From: Escherichia coli
GTDB lineage: Bacteria > Pseudomonadota > Gammaproteobacteria > Enterobacterales > Enterobacteriaceae
Length of the DNA stretch: 64,000 bases
NCBI RefSeq assembly: GCF_050320075.1
Contig: NZ_CP190018.1
Reading direction: 5' to 3' (one strand)
Shown here: positions 31,997 through 42,989 of the stretch, piece by piece
How the letters are laid out: the number at the start of each line of letters is the position of its first letter
How positions within the stretch are numbered: the first letter of the stretch is position 1
Notes under the pieces: generated by a model
Database searches by the model: none
What the model was told of the DNA's origin: nothing
What the model saw: only the letters and a program-made list of their open reading frames with translations
Position numbers and translations under genes: made by a program

Positions 31997-32785
31997 ATGG
32001 TTCGCAAAGGGTGTAATTCATTAGTCCGTGCTGAAAAAATATTAACCCACATTGCATGGGTTGGTATGGCAAGTTATATGGAGTTATTAAATAAATTCCA
32101 GTACCCCAAAAGCAGCCTGCTTAATTTATTGAATGTAATGGTGGAGTGTGGTTTCTTAATTAAAAACAAAAACGGCTACTATTCACTGGGAATAAAAAAC
32201 TACGAATTGGGTTGTCAGGCGTTACACCGTCAAAATATATTTGAGGTGACTAAGCGGCCAATGCAGGAGTTGTCGCTGAAAAGTGGACTGGTTTGTCATC
32301 TTGGGGCGATGGAGAGCATTTCGGCTATCTATCTCGACAAGATCGAAAGTCCGGACTCTGTACCGACGAGCAAAAGCTGGATTGGCAAAAAACTTGAGTT
32401 GCATATTACCGCGTTGGGTAAGGCATTATTAGCCTGGAAGACACGAGAAGAACTGGATTATTTTTTAGAAGCACTCACGTTAACTCCACATACGCGCAAT
32501 ACATTTACCGATAAAAAATTGTTTCTGGAAGAATTACAAAAAACACGCCTTCGGGGATGGGCCATAGACAACGAAGAATCAACCTATGGGGCGGTATGTT
32601 TAAGTATGCCGGTATTCAATATGTATAACAGAGTTAACTATGCAATCTCACTTTCTGGCGATCCGGTAGTTTATTCAGGAAATAAGATAGACAGCTATCT
32701 GGAATTGCTCCGGAAATGCGCTGAGCAAATATCATATGGGCTGGGATACAGAAACGAAAATGAGCATTTACGAAAAGGAAACTGA
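31997..32785 (+). CDS. yjhI: IclR-family transcriptional regulator YjhI
   Basis: 262 aa; N-terminal HTH and C-terminal IclR effector domain. Confidence 0.8.
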   Translation: MVRKGCNSLVRAEKILTHIAWVGMASYMELLNKFQYPKSSLLNLLNVMVECGFLIKNKNGYYSLGIKNYELGCQALHRQNIFEVTKRPMQELSLKSGLVCHLGAMESISAIYLDKIESPDSVPTSKSWIGKKLELHITALGKALLAWKTREELDYFLEALTLTPHTRNTFTDKKLFLEELQKTRLRGWAIDNEESTYGAVCLSMPVFNMYNRVNYAISLSGDPVVYSGNKIDSYLELLRKCAEQISYGLGYRNENEHLRKGN

Positions 32786-32789
32786 GGTA

Positions 32790-33695
32790 ATGAAAAAATT
32801 CAGCGGCATTATTCCACCGGTATCCAGCACGTTTCATCGTGACGGAACCCTTGATAAAAAGGCAATGCGCGAAGTTGCCGACTTCCTGATTAATAAAGGG
32901 GTCGACGGGCTGTTTTATCTGGGTACCGGTGGTGAATTTAGCCAAATGAATACAGCCCAGCGCATGGCGCTCGCCGAAGAAGCTGTAACCATTGTCGACG
33001 GGCGAGTGCCGGTATTGATTGGCGTCGGTTCCCCTTCCACTGACGAAGCGGTCAAACTGGCGCAGCATGCGCAAGCCTACGGCGCTGATGGTATCGTCGC
33101 CATCAACCCCTACTACTGGAAAGTCGCACCACGAAATCTTGACGACTATTACCAGCAGATCGCCCGTAGCGTCACCCTACCAGTGATCCTGTACAACTTT
33201 CCGGATCTGACGGGTCAGGACTTAACCCCGGAAACCGTGACGCGTCTGGCTCTGCAAAACGAGAATATCGTTGGCATCAAAGACACCATCGACAGCGTTG
33301 GTCACTTGCGTACGATGATCAACACAGTTAAGTCGGTACGCCCGTCGTTTTCGGTATTCTGCGGTTACGATGATCATTTGCTGAATACGATGCTGCTGGG
33401 CGGCGACGGTGCGATAACCGCCAGCGCTAACTTTGCTCCGGAACTCTCCGTCGGCATCTACCGCGCCTGGCGTGAAGGCGATCTGGCGACCGCTGCGACG
33501 CTGAATAAAAAACTACTACAACTGCCCGCTATTTACGCCCTCGAAACACCGTTTGTCTCACTGATCAAATACAGCATGCAGTGTGTCGGGCTGCCTGTAG
33601 AGACATATTGCTTACCACCGATTCTTGAAGCATCAGAAGAAGCAAAAGATAAAGTCCACGTGCTGCTTACCGCGCAGGGCATTTTACCAGTCTGA
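32790..33695 (+). CDS. yjhH: 2-dehydro-3-deoxy-D-pentonate aldolase YjhH (DapA family)
   Basis: ORF trimmed to MKKFSGIIPPVSSTF giving 301 aa. Confidence 0.85.
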   Translation: MKKFSGIIPPVSSTFHRDGTLDKKAMREVADFLINKGVDGLFYLGTGGEFSQMNTAQRMALAEEAVTIVDGRVPVLIGVGSPSTDEAVKLAQHAQAYGADGIVAINPYYWKVAPRNLDDYYQQIARSVTLPVILYNFPDLTGQDLTPETVTRLALQNENIVGIKDTIDSVGHLRTMINTVKSVRPSFSVFCGYDDHLLNTMLLGGDGAITASANFAPELSVGIYRAWREGDLATAATLNKKLLQLPAIYALETPFVSLIKYSMQCVGLPVETYCLPPILEASEEAKDKVHVLLTAQGILPV

Positions 33696-33705
33696 GGAGA
33701 AACTC

Positions 33706-35673
33706 ATGTCTGTTCGCAATATTTTTGCTGACGAGAGCCACGATATTTACACCGTCAGAACGCACGCCGATGGCCCGGACGGCGAACTCCCATTAACCGC
33801 AGAGATGCTTATCAACCGCCCGAGCGGGGATCTGTTCGGTATGACCATGAATGCCGGAATGGGTTGGTCTCCGGACGAGCTGGATCGGGACGGTATTTTA
33901 CTGCTCAGTACACTCGGTGGCTTACGCGGCGCAGACGGTAAACCCGTGGCGCTGGCGCTGCACCAGGGGCATTACGAACTGGACATCCAGATAAAAGCGG
34001 CGGCCGAGGTTATTAAAGCCAACCATGCCCTGCCCTATGCCGTGTACGTCTCCGATCCTTGTGACGGGCGTACTCAGGGTACAACGGGGATGTTTGATTC
34101 GCTACCATACCGAAATGACGCATCGATGGTAATGCGCCGCCTTATTCGCTCTCTGCCCGACGCGAAAGCAGTTATTGGTGTGGCGAGTTGCGATAAGGGG
34201 CTTCCGGCCACCATGATGGCACTCGCCGCGCAGCACAACATCGCAACCGTGCTGGTCCCCGGCGGCGCGACGCTGCCCGCAAAGGATGGAGAAGACAACG
34301 GCAAGGTGCAAACCATTGGCGCACGCTTCGCCAATGGCGAATTATCTCTACAGGACGCACGCCGTGCGGGCTGTAAAGCCTGTGCCTCTTCCGGCGGCGG
34401 CTGTCAATTTTTGGGCACTGCCGGGACATCTCAGGTGGTGGCCGAAGGATTGGGGCTGGCAATCCCACATTCAGCCCTTGCCCCTTCCGGTGAGCCTGTG
34501 TGGCGGGAGATCGCCAGAGCTTCCGCGCGAGCTGCGCTGAACCTGAGTCAAAAAGGCATCACCACCCGGGAAATTCTCACCGATAAAGCGATAGAGAATG
34601 CGATGACGGTCCATGCCGCGTTCGGTGGTTCAACAAACCTGCTGTTACACATCCCGGCAATTGCTCACCAGGCAGGTTGCCATATCCCGACCGTTGATGA
34701 CTGGATCCGCATCAACAAGCGCGTGCCCCGACTGGTGAGCGTACTGCCTAATGGCCCGGTTTATCATCCAACGGTCAATGCCTTTATGGCAGGTGGTGTG
34801 CCGGAAGTCATGTTGCATCTGCGCAGCCTCGGATTGTTGCATGAAGACGTTATGACGGTTACCGGCAGCACGCTGAAAGAAAACCTCGACTGGTGGGAGC
34901 ACTCCGAACGGCGTCAGCGGTTCAAGCAACTCCTGCTCGATCAGGAACAAATCAACGCTGACGAAGTGATCATGTCTCCGCAGCAAGCAAAAGCGCGCGG
35001 ATTAACCTCAACTATCACCTTCCCGGTGGGTAATATTGCGCCAGAAGGTTCGGTGATCAAATCCACCGCCATTGACCCCTCGATGATTGATGAGCAAGGT
35101 ATCTATTACCATAAAGGTGTGGCGAAGGTTTATCTGTCCGAGAAAAGTGCGATTTACGATATCAAACATGACAAGATCAAGGCGGGCGATATTCTGGTCA
35201 TTATTGGCGTTGGACCTTCAGGTACAGGGATGGAAGAAACCTACCAGGTTACCAGTGCCCTGAAGCATCTGTCATACGGTAAGCATGTTTCGTTAATCAC
35301 CGATGCACGTTTCTCGGGCGTTTCTACTGGCGCGTGCATCGGCCATGTGGGGCCAGAAGCGCTGGCCGGAGGCCCCATCGGTAAATTACGCACCGGGGAT
35401 GTAATTGAAATTAAAATTGATTGTCGCGAGCTTCACGGCGAAGTCAATTTCCTCGGAACCCGTAGCGATGAACAATTACCTTCACAGGAGGAGGCAACTG
35501 CAATATTAAATGCCAGACCCAGCCATCAGGATTTACTTCCCGATCCTGAATTGCCAGATGATACCCAGCTATGGGCAATGCTTCAGGCCGTGAGTGGCGG
35601 GACATGGACCGGTTGTATTTATGATGTAAACAAAATTGGCGCGGCTTTGCGCGATTTTATGAATAAAAACTGA
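33706..35673 (+). CDS. yjhG: D-xylonate dehydratase YjhG (IlvD/EDD family)
   Basis: ORF trimmed to MSVRNIFADES giving 655 aa. Confidence 0.85.
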   Translation: MSVRNIFADESHDIYTVRTHADGPDGELPLTAEMLINRPSGDLFGMTMNAGMGWSPDELDRDGILLLSTLGGLRGADGKPVALALHQGHYELDIQIKAAAEVIKANHALPYAVYVSDPCDGRTQGTTGMFDSLPYRNDASMVMRRLIRSLPDAKAVIGVASCDKGLPATMMALAAQHNIATVLVPGGATLPAKDGEDNGKVQTIGARFANGELSLQDARRAGCKACASSGGGCQFLGTAGTSQVVAEGLGLAIPHSALAPSGEPVWREIARASARAALNLSQKGITTREILTDKAIENAMTVHAAFGGSTNLLLHIPAIAHQAGCHIPTVDDWIRINKRVPRLVSVLPNGPVYHPTVNAFMAGGVPEVMLHLRSLGLLHEDVMTVTGSTLKENLDWWEHSERRQRFKQLLLDQEQINADEVIMSPQQAKARGLTSTITFPVGNIAPEGSVIKSTAIDPSMIDEQGIYYHKGVAKVYLSEKSAIYDIKHDKIKAGDILVIIGVGPSGTGMEETYQVTSALKHLSYGKHVSLITDARFSGVSTGACIGHVGPEALAGGPIGKLRTGDVIEIKIDCRELHGEVNFLGTRSDEQLPSQEEATAILNARPSHQDLLPDPELPDDTQLWAMLQAVSGGTWTGCIYDVNKIGAALRDFMNKN

Positions 35674-35779
35674 AAGCATAAATAAAAACATCCAGACACC
35701 TGAATTATCCGACTCTGCATCATTCGTTATTTGCTCAGTCGGATAATGATGGGTCGCTACCCTGTTATGAGAGGACGTT

Positions 35780-37129
35780 ATGCCACTAATTATCGTTGTG
35801 GCAGGGATTGCTTTACTCCTGCTTTTAACCATAAAAATTAAGCTTAATACGTTTGTTTCGTTAATTATTGTCTCGATTGCTGTCGCCATCGCCAGTGGTA
35901 TGGATTTGAGTAAAGTCGTCACCTCAGTCGAATCCGGGCTTGGCGGTACGCTGGGCCATATTGGTTTGATATTTGGCTTCGGTGTTATGCTCGGTCGCTT
36001 GCTGGCCGATGCGGGTGGTGCGCAGCGAATAGCGCTGACCATGCTGAATTATTTCGGGAAAAATAAACTTGACTGGGCAGTGGTCTGTTCGGCGTTTATT
36101 GTCGGTATCGCACTTTTTTTCGAAGTCGGTTTAATTCTTCTGGTACCTATTTTATTCGCTATTGCCCGTGAAGCAAAAATATCACCGATGTTTATGTGTG
36201 TGCCGATGCTTTCTGGTTTGCTGGTCGCACACGGTTTTTTGCCGCCGCACCCCGGCCCGACTGTTATCGCCAGGGAATATGGCGCTGATGTAGGATTGGT
36301 ACTGATATACGGTATCATTGTCGGCATTCCAACCTTTATTCTTTGCGGCCCGGTATTGAATAAATTCTGCCAGCGCATTATTCCGGACGCCTTTAAAAAA
36401 GAGGGGAATATAGCCTCTCTCGGCGCGACCCGCCGATTCAGCGAAAGCGAAATGCCAGGCTTTGGGATCAGTTTTCTCACGGCAATGCTGCCGGTGATCC
36501 TGATGGCGGTTGTCACCATCATCCAGATGACTCATGCCAAAAGTGCCGCGGATTCTGGCTTATTTTACAACGTGATACTGTTCTTAGGTAATTCGACGAT
36601 CGCCATGCTGATTTCACTGCTGTTCGCGATCTATACCATGGGCCTGGGGCGCGGGAAAACAATCCCTGACCTGATGGATTCTTGCGGAAAAGCTATCGCG
36701 GGTATTGCCGGTCTGCTGCTGATTATCGGTGGTGGTGGTGCATTCAAGCAAGTTCTCATCGACTCTGGCGTTGGTCAGTATATTTCCACCCTGGTTTCGG
36801 GTATGGATATTAACCCGATCTTGATGGCCTGGGGCGTGGCCGCATTCCTGCGTATTTGTCTGGGTTCAGCCACCGTCGCGGCGATCTCTACCGCCGGTCT
36901 GGTCATCCCATTGTTGGCAGTACATCCCAATACCAACCTGGCCTTGATTACGCTGGCTACCGGTGCCGGATCCTGTATTTGTTCTCACGTTAACGATGCC
37001 AGTTTCTGGATGATTAAAGACTTTTTTGGCCTGACCACCAAAGAAACGCTGTTATCCTGGACGTTGATGTCCACACTCTTATCCATCAGTGGGCTGATTT
37101 TTATTCTGCTCGCCAGCTTAGTTTTATAA
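35780..37129 (+). CDS. yjhF: GntP-family permease YjhF
   Basis: 449 aa; paralogue of gntP located after yjhG. Confidence 0.85.
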
Positions 37130-37475
37130 TCGGGTTCTTGCCAGTGAGCCAACCTGTTGTTCACTGTCCCCCATAATTTAGTGAGTGACGGCAACCGTCT
37201 GCACGGTGACGAATCGCTGGCGATCAAAAAGGGGCGATATTGAACCGTCGATTATGCTTGATGGGTGTACTCTCAGTAATACTGTAAAGCCGGAGCATGT
37301 CTCCGACTTTACAGTATGGGGGAACAGCAGGCGATCGCTCAAATGGTATGCTGGTTTATTTCATGTAAAAGAATAAAATATCTGTATAAAATCATGCCAC
37401 TGGCAATCTGCATCAACTCTCCGGGTAAACAGGGTTAAGATGAGCATTTCCCCGGTTTAATACAGGTATACAAAA

Positions 37476-38462
37476 GTGGATAGAGATCAAACAAACAGCA
37501 GCCTGTTCAATGATGATCCCGTACTTCATGCAACATGGCTGTACTATCAGGAAGGCAAAAGCCAGACTGAAGTTGCAGCTATCATGGGGGTGTCCCGCGT
37601 CACGGTTGTCAAATACCTGCAAACAGCCCGGGAAAATGGACTGGTTCATATCAACCTGGATGTGAATGTCTTTGGCTCTATCGACGCTGCTTTGCAAATT
37701 CGCGATAAATTCAATCTCCAGAGAGTGATCATCGTGCCGGATGGCGAACATGCCGGAAAACGTGATGATACAAAGCTGATGCGGACTCGCCTTTCACGTG
37801 CCGGTGGCATGTATCTGAATCAGGTGATTGAGAATGGTGATGTGCTGGGGGTTGCCTGGGGAAGAACAATCCATCAGATGAGCAAAACCATGACGCCGAA
37901 GTCATGTAAAAATGTCACCGTTATACAGATGCTCGGTTCCATGCCATCTCAGCCAGACCTGACGATCATTGAATCCTCATCGCAAATCGCCTACAAGCTT
38001 TCAGGCCGTGTCGCCTCGCTGCACGTGCCCGCCGTGGTATCAAGCGCCAGACTGGCCATGGAGTTACAGGCAGAGCCTATTATTCGATCGAATTTTGACG
38101 TTCTGACTCGCTGTACGAAAGCCTTTTTTGTCGTGGGTAACGCGCTTGATGAAAATCCCCTGATTCGGGTGGGCGTGCTGAATAAGAAGGAAATGCAGAC
38201 GTATCGGGATTTAGGCGCAGTAGGTGTCATTTGTGGTCGCTTCTATGACAAGGAAGGGATGCCCGTCGTGGCTGATGTTGACCAGCGTATTCTGGGAATC
38301 AGTCTGGCTCAGCTAAGGCAGATTGAACGGAAGATCTTCCTTGCTGGTGGGGAAAGAGGCTATGACGCAACGTTGGGTGCCCTGCTGGGAGGATATGTCA
38401 CGGACCTGATTGTTGATGAAGGAACGGCAGAGTTTTTGCTGGCGTGTGAATTACCACACTAA
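37476..38462 (+). CDS. yjhU: SorC/DeoR-type sugar-binding transcriptional regulator YjhU
   Basis: 328 aa; N-terminal HTH (MGVSRVTVVKYL) and sugar-binding domain. Confidence 0.8.
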   Translation: MDRDQTNSSLFNDDPVLHATWLYYQEGKSQTEVAAIMGVSRVTVVKYLQTARENGLVHINLDVNVFGSIDAALQIRDKFNLQRVIIVPDGEHAGKRDDTKLMRTRLSRAGGMYLNQVIENGDVLGVAWGRTIHQMSKTMTPKSCKNVTVIQMLGSMPSQPDLTIIESSSQIAYKLSGRVASLHVPAVVSSARLAMELQAEPIIRSNFDVLTRCTKAFFVVGNALDENPLIRVGVLNKKEMQTYRDLGAVGVICGRFYDKEGMPVVADVDQRILGISLAQLRQIERKIFLAGGERGYDATLGALLGGYVTDLIVDEGTAEFLLACELPH

Positions 38463-38502
38463 AAGAATGAACAACTGCCCCATGTGGATATGGGGCAGGA
38501 TT

Positions 38503-39432
38503 TTATTGATTAGCGGCGATAATAAGAACAATACCCACAATGTATGAAATAAACATGGTCAGCAGCAGTTTATTGGTTCCGGCTGGCGCACTGGCAAATT
38601 CTCTCCAGATGAAGACTCCCCAGATCACGGCAATCATTGTGGCCCCCTGTCCCAGACCGTAGGAAATGGCATACCCCGCCTGACCAGACGCAATCAGACT
38701 GAATGCCAGACCGACACACCAAATCATACCGCCCAGCCAGCCGCAAACATGATCCCGTAAGCTCCCGGAAAAATACATTTTCCCGTTGACCGGTTCTCCT
38801 GAAATAGGTTTTTTCATGACCAGCGTGTTAAGGACAAAGTTCGACAAGAACAGCCCCACGGCAAACAGAACAAGTGCTGAGTAAGGCGTCATCAGACCGC
38901 TGGCAGGCTGGCTGAAATTGTCAGACATGGAGTCCGCCAAGAAGCGGAAAAACCATCCCATGATGATACCCGCCAGAATGGCAGTAATGAGACCTTTATT
39001 ACGGCGAGATTTATCCGCCTCCTGCGTGACACGACCATAGGCTATCGCGGTAAAAATAATGGCGATCACAACGCAGGCGACACCGAGGAACAGAATGAGC
39101 GGATCGCCCTGCGGATTGCCGATATAGGTGGTGATCACACCCAGAGCCAGTGCCAGCCCCACACCCACAGGAAAAGCTACCGCCATACCGGCAAGATTAA
39201 TAGAAGCGACCAGAAGAATATTGGAAATATTGAAGATAATCCCTGCCAGTATTGCCGACATCAGACTACTGCTGCTCGCCTGCTGAATATCAGGTATAAA
39301 ACTGCGACCGGCTTCGCCCATAGAACCCAGCGTGAAGGCAAATAACAAAGAACACAGCAATAATCCAATTGAATAATCCCAATAGAATAGAGGGAACTCC
39401 CATTTTTTATTGCTGACAAGTTTAGTTGTATT
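38503..39432 (-). pseudogene. Sugar transporter of the GRP/RhaT-like membrane family, 3-prime portion, separated from its first 25 codons by the IS66 insertion
   Basis: 285-aa ORF of polytopic membrane character with no ATG; reading frame runs into the IS66 boundary at 39433. Confidence 0.7.
39425..39432. repeat. 8-bp target-site duplication GTTGTATT (left copy) of the IS66-family element
   Basis: identical 8-mer directly flanks both ends of the element (39425-39432 and 42132-42139). Confidence 0.75.
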
Positions 39433-39462
39433 GTAAGCGACTCGTCAGAACCGTATTGATAT

Positions 39463-41034
39463 TTACTGAGAGCTCAGATCAACTTTCCAGGGCAACAGAT
39501 CGCGTACCCGGTTTGCCGGCCAGTCCTGGATATGTTCAATGACGTAACGCAGCCACTTTTCTGGCTCCACATTGTTCAGACGGCATGTGCCGATCAGCGA
39601 GTACAACACCGCCGCATGTTCACCACCGCTGTCGGAACCCGCGAACATCCAGTTTTTCCGGCCTACGGCCACTCCCCGTAAGGCGTTCTCTGCGATGTTG
39701 TTGTCGATTTCCACCCAGCCATTACTGCAGTACACGTTCAGTGCATCCCACTGTTTCAGCAGGTATGCGAACGCTTTTGCCGTATCTGAGTGACGCGACA
39801 GTGTTTTCATCTGTTGCTGTATCCAGTCATACAGTGACTGCATCAGTGGCGCGGCTCTGGCTTTTCTTGCCGCCAGACGCTGTTCTGCTGAACAGCCCCG
39901 GACCTCTGCCTCGATGGCATACAGTTCACCGATACGCTGCAGGGCTTCCGTGGTGATGTAGGTGGGCGCTCTTGCATGCACATCGTGGATTTTTCTCCGG
40001 GCATGAGCCATACACGCGGCTTCCGTTATTCTGCCGGATTCGTATAACGCCCGGTAACCACCGTAAGCATCGGCCTGAAGCACACCGCTGTAACCGGCCA
40101 GGTGATTTTGTGGATGGATACCTTTCCGGTCCGGACTGTACGCGAACCAGACCGCCGGGGGCATCTGTGAACCGGCGTTACGGTCATCACGGACGTAGAC
40201 CCACAGCCGGGCTGTCCGGGTTTTACCGCTGCCCGGCTCCTGGACCGGGACGGGGATATCATCAGCATGGACTTTACCGGGCATCAGCACATACTGGCGC
40301 AGGACGTCATACAGCGGCTCCAGCAGTTCAGCAACAGCACCTGTCCAGCGCCCCAGTGTGGCACGGCTCAGCTCCACTCCCTGACGACGGTATATTTCTG
40401 ACTGGCGGTATAACGGCAGATGGTCTGCATATTTCCCGGTGACAACATGGGCCAGAAGCCCCGCTCCGGCATAACTGCGTGCAATGGGTTTTGAAGGTAC
40501 TGGTGCCTGCACGATATGGTCGCACCGGCAACAGGCCTGTTTCGGACGTTGTGTTTCGATAACCTTAAAGGCGCTGCTGATAAGCTCCAGTTGCTCTGAC
40601 ACATCACATCCCAGAGAACTGAGTTCACCACCACAGGCAGGACAGCATTCCTCTTCCGGCCGGATAACCCGGGTTTCACGGGGAAGTGAGGCCGGTAACG
40701 GTTTACGGGCTGAAGACTGGCGCAGGGCGGATGGCAGTACCGGGTCATATTGCTCACCCAGCGTTTCCGCCATTTCTTCCTGAAGTGCGCTGATTCGCTC
40801 CTGTGCTTCCTGTATCTGCCGTTCGGTTTTTGCACGAAGTTTTTCTGAGCTTTTACCGAACTGCATACGTTGCAGTTTCGCAACCAGCGCCTTCAGCCGG
40901 TTGATTTCGGAAGCATAAGCCGCCACCCGCTGTGAGAGCAGGCGGTTGTATTCAGCCATCTGGCGGATGGTGTCCTGTTGCGTCTGCAACAGTGCCCGCA
41001 GGCGGGCGTTCTCATGAGCAAGTGAGGTGTCCAT
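39463..41034 (-). CDS. tnpC: IS66-family transposase TnpC
   Basis: 523 aa with coiled-coil leader, zinc-finger CPACGG and DDE region. Confidence 0.9.
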   Translation of the reverse strand: MDTSLAHENARLRALLQTQQDTIRQMAEYNRLLSQRVAAYASEINRLKALVAKLQRMQFGKSSEKLRAKTERQIQEAQERISALQEEMAETLGEQYDPVLPSALRQSSARKPLPASLPRETRVIRPEEECCPACGGELSSLGCDVSEQLELISSAFKVIETQRPKQACCRCDHIVQAPVPSKPIARSYAGAGLLAHVVTGKYADHLPLYRQSEIYRRQGVELSRATLGRWTGAVAELLEPLYDVLRQYVLMPGKVHADDIPVPVQEPGSGKTRTARLWVYVRDDRNAGSQMPPAVWFAYSPDRKGIHPQNHLAGYSGVLQADAYGGYRALYESGRITEAACMAHARRKIHDVHARAPTYITTEALQRIGELYAIEAEVRGCSAEQRLAARKARAAPLMQSLYDWIQQQMKTLSRHSDTAKAFAYLLKQWDALNVYCSNGWVEIDNNIAENALRGVAVGRKNWMFAGSDSGGEHAAVLYSLIGTCRLNNVEPEKWLRYVIEHIQDWPANRVRDLLPWKVDLSSQ

Positions 41035-41053
41035 ATCCTCACTTTACAACGGG

Positions 41054-41401
41054 TTATATGCGGATTCCAGCGCGTTCCGTTCGTTTCGGGTGCTTCCAGT
41101 TGATACCTTCAAGAAGCATGGATAACTGAGCCGGAGTAAGGTGCACCTTGCCGTCACGGGTGACTGGCCAGACGAAGCGGCCCCGCTCCAGGCGTTTGGT
41201 GAAGAGGCACAGTCCGTCACTGTCAGCCCACAACACTTTTATCTGGTCACCCCGGCGTCCGCGGAAGATGAACAGGTGTCCGGAGAACGGGTCATCCTTC
41301 AGGACGTTCTGAACTTTTGATGCCAGGCCGTTAAAGCCATTTCGCATATCGGTGATACCTGCAACCAGCCAGATACGCGAACCTGCAGGGAGAGATATCA
41401 T
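41054..41401 (-). CDS. tnpB: IS66-family accessory protein TnpB (Orf2)
   Basis: 115 aa; matches IS66 Orf2 from memory. Confidence 0.85.
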   Translation of the reverse strand: MISLPAGSRIWLVAGITDMRNGFNGLASKVQNVLKDDPFSGHLFIFRGRRGDQIKVLWADSDGLCLFTKRLERGRFVWPVTRDGKVHLTPAQLSMLLEGINWKHPKRTERAGIRI

Positions 41402-42078
41402 CAGTGGCTGCTCCCTTTTATTTCGCGGATAAGTGTCTGTAATAACGCCGGCGTCAGTTTACCTTTAAGCCTGAGAGTTCCGGCCGGCAGAACCAGCTCA
41501 CAACACAGACTGTCGGACGGTGTATTTATCTGCTCTGGTTCCTGTGCGGGGGCCGGGATTTTATTATCCGGCTCCGGCGTTAACGTCACGGGAAGCAGTG
41601 CCGGCATATTTTTTCCGGAAGGCAGCAGGCCACCTTTCCGGTATTGATGGCGCCAGTTGAAGAGCAGGTTATCGTTGATTCCGTTTTCCCGGGCGATCTG
41701 CGCCACACAGGCTCCGGGCTGCAGTGACTGCTCCACTAAGGCGATTTTAAACTCATAAGGGAAGTTGGGCCGCCGGGGACGTTTTTTTACCACGGGGGCT
41801 TCGGATATAACGGTGCTTTCAGGACGTACGACTGGTACCGTGGAAAATTGTCCGTAAAGGCAGGCATCAAGTTCCTGCTCCGACATGCCTGCGGGCAAAG
41901 GCCACGAAAGGCCAGCTCTCCGAAAGCGCACGAACATACTACAAACTGTTGATTTTGGTACACCCAGGCGACGCCCGGCCACAACCCGGGGTAAATGTTC
42001 TTCAAAGTGAAGACGTAAAGCTTCAGTGATCCAGGTCCGGTGTTTCATACGATAGTGTCCATTAAAAATGATGGACAT
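41401..42078 (-). CDS. tnpA: IS66-family TnpA (Orf1) with N-terminal HTH extension; start codon uncertain
   Basis: 225-aa ORF; C-terminal half has the IS66 Orf1 signature (EFKIALVEQSLQPGACVAQIARENGINDNLLFNWRHQY). Confidence 0.65.
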   Translation of the reverse strand: MSIIFNGHYRMKHRTWITEALRLHFEEHLPRVVAGRRLGVPKSTVCSMFVRFRRAGLSWPLPAGMSEQELDACLYGQFSTVPVVRPESTVISEAPVVKKRPRRPNFPYEFKIALVEQSLQPGACVAQIARENGINDNLLFNWRHQYRKGGLLPSGKNMPALLPVTLTPEPDNKIPAPAQEPEQINTPSDSLCCELVLPAGTLRLKGKLTPALLQTLIREIKGSSH

Positions 42079-42131
42079 TATTTTTGTAGAGCCGGAGGAA
42101 ACAGACCAGACGGTTTAAATGAGCCGGTTAC

Positions 42132-42139
42132 GTTGTATT
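42132..42139. repeat. 8-bp target-site duplication GTTGTATT (right copy)
   Basis: identical to 39425-39432. Confidence 0.75.
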
Positions 42140-42214
42140 CGCCCATGAACCCCAGCAAATCATGGTAATAAAACACATTATTATGGCGACAGCATACGAT
42201 TCCACGATAAACAT
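42140..42214 (-). pseudogene. 5-prime portion (first 25 codons plus start) of the IS66-disrupted transporter gene
   Basis: ATG at 42212-42214 (minus strand) preceded by AAGGAG with 6-nt spacer; frame continues across the insertion into ORF 38503-39432 after removal of IS and one duplication copy. Confidence 0.65.
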
Positions 42215-42317
42215 AAATAACTCCTTGTGGTAGTTATAATCAATCGTTGTGGACAGAGGGAATAGCAGCCATTCTGCGAATGGCTGTCATATGTTATTAA
42301 TTAAAATAAAGCTGTAA

Positions 42318-42959
42318 TTACGCTTTCAAACCATACGTTTTGAATTTTTCAAGGACGATGGTCATTTCGGCTTCAGACAGCACGGGAACATCGTGATGTA
42401 ATCCGCCACATTTGATGTATAAATCAGCCAGCGTCTCGGTTTCACCCGCCAGCCACAACGTCTTTTCCAGCGTGACGTCCATGGCCAGCATACCGTGGTG
42501 CTGCATCAGCAAGGACTTACTTTCTCTGATTCCTTTAGATACACCGTCGGCCAGTTCAGGACTGCCAAAGGTATAATAGGGAATACAGGGAATATGATCC
42601 GTCCCCGATACCGCCACCATATAATGAATGGCCGGAATTGAATGATTATGTATTGCCACCGCCGTGGAATTCACCGCATGCGTATGTATGACAGCATTCA
42701 ATTCTGGTCTGGCTTTATAACACGCCAGATGAAATAACCATTCACTTGATGGTATTTTACCCGCTTCAGGTATTCCCTTATCGTCTACAAAGACAATCAT
42801 GTCCGGCGTCATCTTTGAATAAGCGATCCCACTCGGCGTAATCAACATGCCACCGGTATACCTGGCACTCACATTACCTGATGTTCCTTGATTAAGACCT
42901 GACGCATTCATTTCCCGACAAGTGGAAATGATTTTTTCTGCTAACTTAATCCGTTCCAT
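42318..42959 (-). CDS. Class II aldolase/adducin-family protein (5-deoxyribulose-1-P / methylthioribulose-1-P aldolase type)
   Basis: 213 aa; fuculose-phosphate-aldolase-like motifs; last gene of an operon with mtnK and mtnA. Confidence 0.75.
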   Translation of the reverse strand: MERIKLAEKIISTCREMNASGLNQGTSGNVSARYTGGMLITPSGIAYSKMTPDMIVFVDDKGIPEAGKIPSSEWLFHLACYKARPELNAVIHTHAVNSTAVAIHNHSIPAIHYMVAVSGTDHIPCIPYYTFGSPELADGVSKGIRESKSLLMQHHGMLAMDVTLEKTLWLAGETETLADLYIKCGGLHHDVPVLSEAEMTIVLEKFKTYGLKA

Positions 42960-42989
42960 TCCTGATCCTTAATAGCAATGGCCGCCGTT

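Larger units (their letters stand above)
39433..42131 (-). mobile_element. IS66-family insertion sequence (about 2.7 kb; tnpA-tnpB-tnpC) with imperfect terminal inverted repeats
   Basis: three IS66-type ORFs; termini GTAAGCGACTCGTCAGAACCG... and ...CGGTTTAAATGAGCCGGTTAC agree at about 18 of 26 positions as inverted repeats; flanked by 8-bp duplications. Confidence 0.85.

Noticed and set aside
34074..34986. Multiple short ORFs on both strands
   Set aside because: All internal to yjhG (655-aa dehydratase) in alternative frames.
39572..40883. ORFs of 99-171 aa in alternative frames and on the + strand
   Set aside because: Internal to the IS66 tnpC gene; GC-rich frame artefacts with Arg/Pro-rich translations.
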